From Promethearchaeia archaeon (GTDB lineage Archaea > Asgardarchaeota > Lokiarchaeia > Sigyniarchaeales > SOKP01), in contig JAHQWJ010000010.1 in NCBI GenBank assembly GCA_029856125.1, positions 1-10,864 of the forward strand: 10,864 bases of DNA. Direction: 5' to 3'. The notes under the pieces were generated by a model. It had not been told where the DNA came from, did no database searches, and was given only the letters and a program-made list of their open reading frames with translations. This document shows positions 6,051 to 10,864 of the stretch, in pieces. The translations under genes and the position numbers were made by a program. Position 1 is the stretch's first letter. Each line of letters begins with the position of its first letter.

Positions 6051-6926
6051 TACAGAAAAATACAGAAGTTAGGAGGCTCTCTTGTTGTGAGCTTGCCTAA
6101 AAAATGGACTAAAAACTATAAACTGACTAAAGAATCTTCAGTGGCTATCAATCTGAATAATGATGGATCCTTGAGTATCAATCCAGAACTAACTCCTTCG
6201 AAAAGAGATCAGGATAAATTAATACTGGAATCAAATCCATATGTGGTTAGAGAAGTGGTAAAGAACATATTATCTGGACAAACACACATAATCATTGTTT
6301 CAGATAAAATAATTAACAAGAGTTTAAGAAACCAGATAAGATATTGGGTTAATGGACTACCAAATACTGAAATTACTGAAGAAACAAACCAAAGAATTGT
6401 TGTACAAAATTTTGGATATAAAAAGATACCAACTAGCAAATTGATTCAACGTCTTCTTTATTTAATAGCAGATATGTTTGATGATGTGAAACACGAAGCC
6501 TATGATGATTTAAGTTATAATTTTGATCAATTAAGGAAGTTTTACTTCATATTAGTAATGCACATACGAGCTTACCTTCGAACAGGAGTATATGTGACAG
6601 AAAATAGTGAATTTACTCCATTAGAAGCAATGGATTATCGAATTTTTTGTGGAAAAGTTGAGGAGATTGGTAAAATTCTGAAAAATCTTAGATTATCTCC
6701 CATAGTAATACCATTTTTTAATGAAATCCATCAATATTTTAAAGAAGTGATGGATGCCTATTTAAAACGCGATTCTAAATTATCTTACTATGTTTGGTTG
6801 AAGAAGTACAAATTAATAGAGAAGGCAAATGATTTACTTGAGATACTAGATATTAACGACCATGATAAAATCAAAAGTATGATCGAAATTGCTGAGCGGT
6901 GCAAGGATATGGCAGGGTTAATTTAG
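6039..6926 (+). CDS. Archaeal phosphate-uptake-regulator family protein (N-terminal AbrB/MazE-like DNA-binding domain + PhoU-like helical bundles)
   Basis: N-terminus RKIQKLGGSLVVSLPKKW...NNDGSLSI is the AbrB-like signature of this family. It is followed by GLPNTEITEETNQRIVVQ and PhoU-like helices (RKFYFILVMHIR, EAMDYRIF..KVEEIG, EIAERCKDMA). Confidence 0.88.
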   Translation: MERFYRKIQKLGGSLVVSLPKKWTKNYKLTKESSVAINLNNDGSLSINPELTPSKRDQDKLILESNPYVVREVVKNILSGQTHIIIVSDKIINKSLRNQIRYWVNGLPNTEITEETNQRIVVQNFGYKKIPTSKLIQRLLYLIADMFDDVKHEAYDDLSYNFDQLRKFYFILVMHIRAYLRTGVYVTENSEFTPLEAMDYRIFCGKVEEIGKILKNLRLSPIVIPFFNEIHQYFKEVMDAYLKRDSKLSYYVWLKKYKLIEKANDLLEILDINDHDKIKSMIEIAERCKDMAGLI

Positions 6927-6930
6927 GGGA

Positions 6931-8118
6931 TTAAACTACCTTGTCTTGATAAAATTTCTCTATATCGTTATCATTATACCCTAATTCTAGAAGTATTTCT
7001 TTAGTATGTTGTCCTAATACTGGTGGAGATGTTAAAATTTCCCCCGGTGTGACAGAGAGTTTGACAGGAACTCCCGTTACCTTGATTTTTCCGGCTTTTA
7101 AATGATCAAGGTCTTTAACCATATTTCTATGTAGCACCTGTGGATCAGTAAAGATTTTATCCATATTATAGATTGGGCCACATGGAACACCAGCTTTAGT
7201 AAGAATATCAAGCCACTCTTGAGCATATTTCGAACTAATTATTTCACTAATAATGTTGACCAATTCATCTCTATTTTCGACTCGTTTTGCATTTGTAGAA
7301 TATAATGGGTTATCTATTATATCTTCTAATCCAACAACCATACAAAATTTTTGCCATAATTGATCATTACCCGCAGCAATATTAACATATGTATCTTTAG
7401 CTTTGAAAGCTTGATAAGGTACAATATTAGGATGTCCGGAACCTAAAGGTTGTGGAATTTCACCAGATGCAAAAAAAGACCCTGCCCTATAAGTTAACCA
7501 TGCAACTTGACTATCCAATAGAGACACATCAATCATTTGACCTTTGCCGGTTCTTTCACGATTAAAAAGAGCAATCATAATACCATACGCTGCAAACATA
7601 CCTCCTGCAATATCAGCTACAGCTATCCCAACTTTAATTGGAGGTCCCCCAGGTTCACCTGTAATACTCATTAGACCCCCCATTCCTTGTAGTACTTGAT
7701 CAAAACCAGGCAATAACCTGTATGGGCCATCCTGTCCAAAACCGGATATACTTGCATATATAATTTTTGGATTTAACTCAACAACATTCTCATAACTTAA
7801 TCCAAGTTTATCCATCGTTCCTGGTCTAAAATTTTCAACAATAACATCTGCCTTTTTTATTAATTTTTCGATAATCTCTTTTGATTTCTCACTTTTCAAG
7901 TTCAAAGTTATACTCTTTTTATTACGATTGACACTCATAAAATAAGCACTTTCTCCTTCTACAAAAGGAGGTCCCCATGATCGAGAATCATCTCCTCTTC
8001 CGGGCATTTCTAATTTAATTATTTCAGCTCCCATGTCTGCTAGCATCATTGTACAATAGGGACCCGCAAGAGCTCTCGACAAATCCAAAACTATAATGCT
8101 TTCTAGTGGTCTTACCAT
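6931..8118 (-). CDS. Family III CoA-transferase (CaiB/BaiF/Frc family)
   Basis: VLDLSRALAGPYCTMMLADMGAEIIKLE, GDDSR, NRNKKSITLNLK, ADVIVENFRPG, SISGFGQDGPY, catalytic-Asp region VADIAGG, and C-terminal PPVLGQHT. Confidence 0.97.
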   Translation of the reverse strand: MVRPLESIIVLDLSRALAGPYCTMMLADMGAEIIKLEMPGRGDDSRSWGPPFVEGESAYFMSVNRNKKSITLNLKSEKSKEIIEKLIKKADVIVENFRPGTMDKLGLSYENVVELNPKIIYASISGFGQDGPYRLLPGFDQVLQGMGGLMSITGEPGGPPIKVGIAVADIAGGMFAAYGIMIALFNRERTGKGQMIDVSLLDSQVAWLTYRAGSFFASGEIPQPLGSGHPNIVPYQAFKAKDTYVNIAAGNDQLWQKFCMVVGLEDIIDNPLYSTNAKRVENRDELVNIISEIISSKYAQEWLDILTKAGVPCGPIYNMDKIFTDPQVLHRNMVKDLDHLKAGKIKVTGVPVKLSVTPGEILTSPPVLGQHTKEILLELGYNDNDIEKFYQDKVV

Positions 8119-8254
8119 CTCCTATTTCACTTTTCTCCTATTTAACACGCTTTTTAATGTTATGAATAGAATATGTAACATTATAATTGAAGATTTCCTA
8201 ACAAAGACAATTTTTATCTACATAAGTAGAAATTAACTATGAGAAGAAAATCAT

Positions 8255-9055
8255 CTAGAAAAACATGGTTATTGCTAAACTTATTAAAACTGTGGCCACA
8301 AAAAGTTTTAAATAAAATTTAGGCATCTTTTTAGAAATTTTCGCTCCAATTATAGATCCTAAAATGGATCCTATTGAAATTATAATCCCAACAATAATAT
8401 CAATCTGACCTGTAATACTTTTTATAATTGTGTTATAAACTGCTGTGAAAAAGACTATTGAAGTTGATATCGCAGTAGAATTATGAATTGGAAAGTGTAA
8501 AACAATATTAAGAGAGGGAGAGTTAATAATTCCTCCTCCAATTCCTAGAAAGTTAGCTGCAAATCCTGCTAAAATAAAATATGGAATAGATTTCTTAAAG
8601 TTAGATTTATAATCATGAGTTTCTAAAGAAAAATTGCTTACTTCTTCAGTTTGATTTTTTGTTCTTTTATTTGCTTTTAAAGTCTTGTAAATCATATTTA
8701 TTCCAGCAATTAATAAAGTGCCCGCAAAGATCATTTTTAATACAATACTATCCACATGAACAAAGGAAAATAAAATCGAAGCTAAAACGCTTCCCAAAAT
8801 TGAAAATGCAGCGAACAATAAAGAGAGACGAAGATTTGTTCTTTTTTGTCGTAGATAGGTTATAAAGCCTGCTAAAGAAGAAAAAAGAATTATGAACGTG
8901 CTTGTATCTACTGCAATATTAATAGGGAAAAGAAAAAGGAGCGTCATGATTGATACGAAGAATACTCCTCCGCCTATTCCCGCGATAACAGAAACAATAC
9001 CGGATAATAGACCAAGTAAAATTAATAAGGAGACAAGATAGAAAGATAATTCCAT
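8255..9055 (-). CDS. Sulfite exporter TauE/SafE family permease
   Basis: Two internally repeated halves, each with GIGGG (IAGIGGGVFFV, FLGIGGGIINSP), followed by AVDTS and TAISTS respectively; hydrophobic helices throughout. I prefer ATG 9055 over the track's TTG 9118. Confidence 0.92.
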   Translation of the reverse strand: MELSFYLVSLLILLGLLSGIVSVIAGIGGGVFFVSIMTLLFLFPINIAVDTSTFIILFSSLAGFITYLRQKRTNLRLSLLFAAFSILGSVLASILFSFVHVDSIVLKMIFAGTLLIAGINMIYKTLKANKRTKNQTEEVSNFSLETHDYKSNFKKSIPYFILAGFAANFLGIGGGIINSPSLNIVLHFPIHNSTAISTSIVFFTAVYNTIIKSITGQIDIIVGIIISIGSILGSIIGAKISKKMPKFYLKLFVATVLISLAITMFF

Positions 9056-9205
9056 AGGCGATAAAATGGTATATTCATCATAAATCTTTTTAATAATTAG
9101 AAAGAGAATCTTTATCAAAAAATTGAAAGAAAAATCAATAATTAAATTATAAAACAGTTATTAGATTAATAATTATTTAATTTTAAATTCAAATAGTTAT
9201 CATTT

Positions 9206-9601
9206 ATGCCCGACTCTAACGAAGATAAGCTGGTTGTTGCTCTCGTTGCATGTTCTCGGTGTGGAAATGCTTTTATGATAAAAAAGGGACAAAAAAAAAC
9301 CGATCATTTGGTATGTGATAACTGTATTAGGTTAGAACAGCGAAAAAAGCAACTCTCAGACTCAGTTAAAGAATCTCAAAAAGAAATTGAAAGTTCTATT
9401 AAAGGATATAAAAATTCATTAAGAGTTGCTAAATCTCAAAAAATCAAACAAATATACTTCGATAAGATTAAGAAAACTTCTAACACATTAAATAACTCCG
9501 TCGAACTTCTTAAGAAGATAGAAGAAACTAACGATGAGAAGTATATCGAAGAATTTAAGAAGTTATTTGAAGAAATGAAAAAAGAGTATACAGATAAATA
9601 A
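9206..9601 (+). CDS. Hypothetical protein: CxxC-x17-CxxC zinc ribbon + coiled-coil
   Basis: CSRC...CDNC in the N-terminal third, followed by K/E/Q-rich helical sequence; T-tract after the stop. Confidence 0.8.
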   Translation: MPDSNEDKLVVALVACSRCGNAFMIKKGQKKTDHLVCDNCIRLEQRKKQLSDSVKESQKEIESSIKGYKNSLRVAKSQKIKQIYFDKIKKTSNTLNNSVELLKKIEETNDEKYIEEFKKLFEEMKKEYTDK

Positions 9602-9613
9602 TAAGCAACACAT

Positions 9614-9625
9614 TCCTCTTTTTTT
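9614..9625 (+). terminator. U-rich terminator candidate
   Basis: TCCTCTTTTTTT about 13 nt after the TAA of 9206-9601. Confidence 0.4.
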
Positions 9626-9714
9626 ATAATTTCATTCAGAATCATTTTTATACAATCTAAATTTCAAATTATTTAAGTTAAAATATCATTTTAAAAATTC
9701 TCCTCGAACAAAAA

Positions 9715-10137
9715 ATGCCGTTAAAACAAATATCTCTGTTTCTCCCAAATAAACCAGGGCAACTTGCTAATTTCTTTGAATTTTTAATGAACCACAAAAT
9801 ATACATAAGATCTTTAACTGTTGCTGAAACAGAAGATTATGGATTATTATTACTCCTTGTCAAACCTTTTGATAAATGCATAGTATTATTAGAGGATAAT
9901 GATTACTTACATTCAGTAACGGAAGTTATCGCAGTAAAACTATCAGACAATATCACTCAGTTGTATAATATCGCTAAAACACTTGGGAATCACGATGTAA
10001 ATATCGAATACATGTATACTTTTGCAGAAGAGACGTCAGAAATAAGTACAATGACAGTTCTGAGGCTAGATGACAACGAAAAAGGAACAAATGTTTTAAA
10101 AGAGCATGGTTTTGAAGTGGTGGAACATTTCAAATAA
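9715..10137 (+). CDS. Tandem ACT-domain amino-acid-binding protein (BT0572/COG4747-like)
   Basis: KQISLFLPNKPGQLA...IRSLTVAETEDYGLLLLLV (first ACT), VIAVKL...VNIEYMYTF (second ACT). Confidence 0.92.
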   Translation: MPLKQISLFLPNKPGQLANFFEFLMNHKIYIRSLTVAETEDYGLLLLLVKPFDKCIVLLEDNDYLHSVTEVIAVKLSDNITQLYNIAKTLGNHDVNIEYMYTFAEETSEISTMTVLRLDDNEKGTNVLKEHGFEVVEHFK

Positions 10138-10175
10138 ATTAAGGCGCTAAAATTACTCTTTTTAAAATTTAAATT

Positions 10176-10864
10176 TTACATTTTCAATTTCATGCGATCT
10201 AATAGCACTTTAATCGCATAAGCTGCCTCCGTTGGAGTAAAAAACACGGGTGCTTCCTCTTTTTTAGCAAATTCCCTTAGATCCATGAAATTTTCTCCAA
10301 AAAATACAAAAGGCACGAGCGGTTTTAATCTTTTCGTTTCATTCCAAGCTCTTATCATTCCCCTATAATGCTCATCAGATTTCATTTCTAAGAATGGGGG
10401 AATAACCAAGCATGGGACAACTATATCTATATCTGAATCTTCCAGCATGGCTTTCGTTATCTCGTAAAATTGTTGCTCAGCAGCTACGCCAATCATGTCT
10501 AGAGGATTCTGAATTTTAACTAGCGAAATCAGATAGGGTTGAATCTTTTGTTTGAGAGCGTCGGAAAACTCAGCTAATGTCAAATTAAACTCTTCTACCT
10601 TATCGCTGAACAAAACAGAGCTTCCACCACTATTCGTTAAAACTCCTATTCTCTTACCCTTAGCGTCGGGTAAAAATGAAAACGCTTTTAAAGCAGTAAT
10701 AAAGTCAGTGGCATTTTCACACAATGTTGCTCCTGCTTGTTGTATAGATGTTTTCAACATTTTATAGTTTGTGGCTATTGAACCGGTGTGACTACTTGCA
10801 GCTTTCATCCCCGATGAAGTTCTTCCGCCCTTTAAAATAATAACAGGTTTAATAGGAACAATTG
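10176..10864 (-). CDS. ADP-forming acetate/acyl-CoA ligase alpha subunit (5' end outside the window)
   Basis: The frame stays open upstream of the track's Met at 10808 to the window edge: IVPIKPVIILKGGRTSSGMKAASSHTGSIA (phospho-His motif SHTG), then VLTNSGG and NPLDMIG. No fused ATP-grasp beta domain follows. Confidence 0.93.
   Translation of the reverse strand, partial: IVPIKPVIILKGGRTSSGMKAASSHTGSIATNYKMLKTSIQQAGATLCENATDFITALKAFSFLPDAKGKRIGVLTNSGGSSVLFSDKVEEFNLTLAEFSDALKQKIQPYLISLVKIQNPLDMIGVAAEQQFYEITKAMLEDSDIDIVVPCLVIPPFLEMKSDEHYRGMIRAWNETKRLKPLVPFVFFGENFMDLREFAKKEEAPVFFTPTEAAYAIKVLLDRMKLKM

Noticed and set aside
9056-9118. 21-aa N-terminal extension of TauE from TTG 9118
   Set aside because: It lies in the AT-rich divergent promoter region; ATG 9055 places the first hydrophobic helix at the N-terminus, as is typical for the family.
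10163-10178. 16-bp palindrome TAAAATTTAAATTTTA between convergent genes
   Set aside because: It contains only A/T and is low in complexity; at most it is part of a bidirectional terminator region.
4833-10767. Short ORFs 4833-5027, 6209-6439, 8659-8865, 9436-9645 and 10552-10767
   Set aside because: Each lies largely or wholly antisense to a well-supported gene and has no motif support.
6931-10864. CoA-transferase, TauE, ACT and acyl-CoA ligase genes as a single pathway operon
   Set aside because: Orientations are mixed and all are common families; the sequence alone does not support a shared pathway.

Overview
AT-rich window that looks archaeal (AGGTGA/AGGAG ribosome-binding sites, TATA-like boxes about 25 nt upstream of starts, an archaeal AbrB-PhoU regulator, a stand-alone ADP-forming acyl-CoA synthetase alpha subunit). 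An Asgard/Lokiarchaeia-type genome is plausible but is only an inference. The left half is a minus-strand three-gene module: a MoxR-class AAA+ ATPase (3183-4328), an 857-aa vWA/MIDAS protein (577-3150) and a SWIM zinc-finger/TPR-like protein missed by the ORF track (<1-552). The module has several unusual traits. The vWA protein begins with what looks like a copy of the ATPase's own lid/sensor-2 helices, followed by a very acidic tract. The ATPase has a Lys/Thr-rich basic tail and an Asn-Glu Walker B. The SWIM finger starts with His instead of Cys. Three small ORFs sit below the track's size cut-off: a 35-aa single-motif 4Fe-4S 'half-ferredoxin' (4494-4601) and two SD-led basic peptides (5768-5932, 5616-5741) divergent from the AbrB-PhoU regulator. 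The remainder is a divergent UbiA prenyltransferase, a family III CoA-transferase, a TauE/SafE permease, a Zn-ribbon/coiled-coil protein, a tandem ACT protein and the 3' part of an acyl-CoA synthetase alpha subunit. I see no RNA genes, CRISPR arrays or mobile elements.
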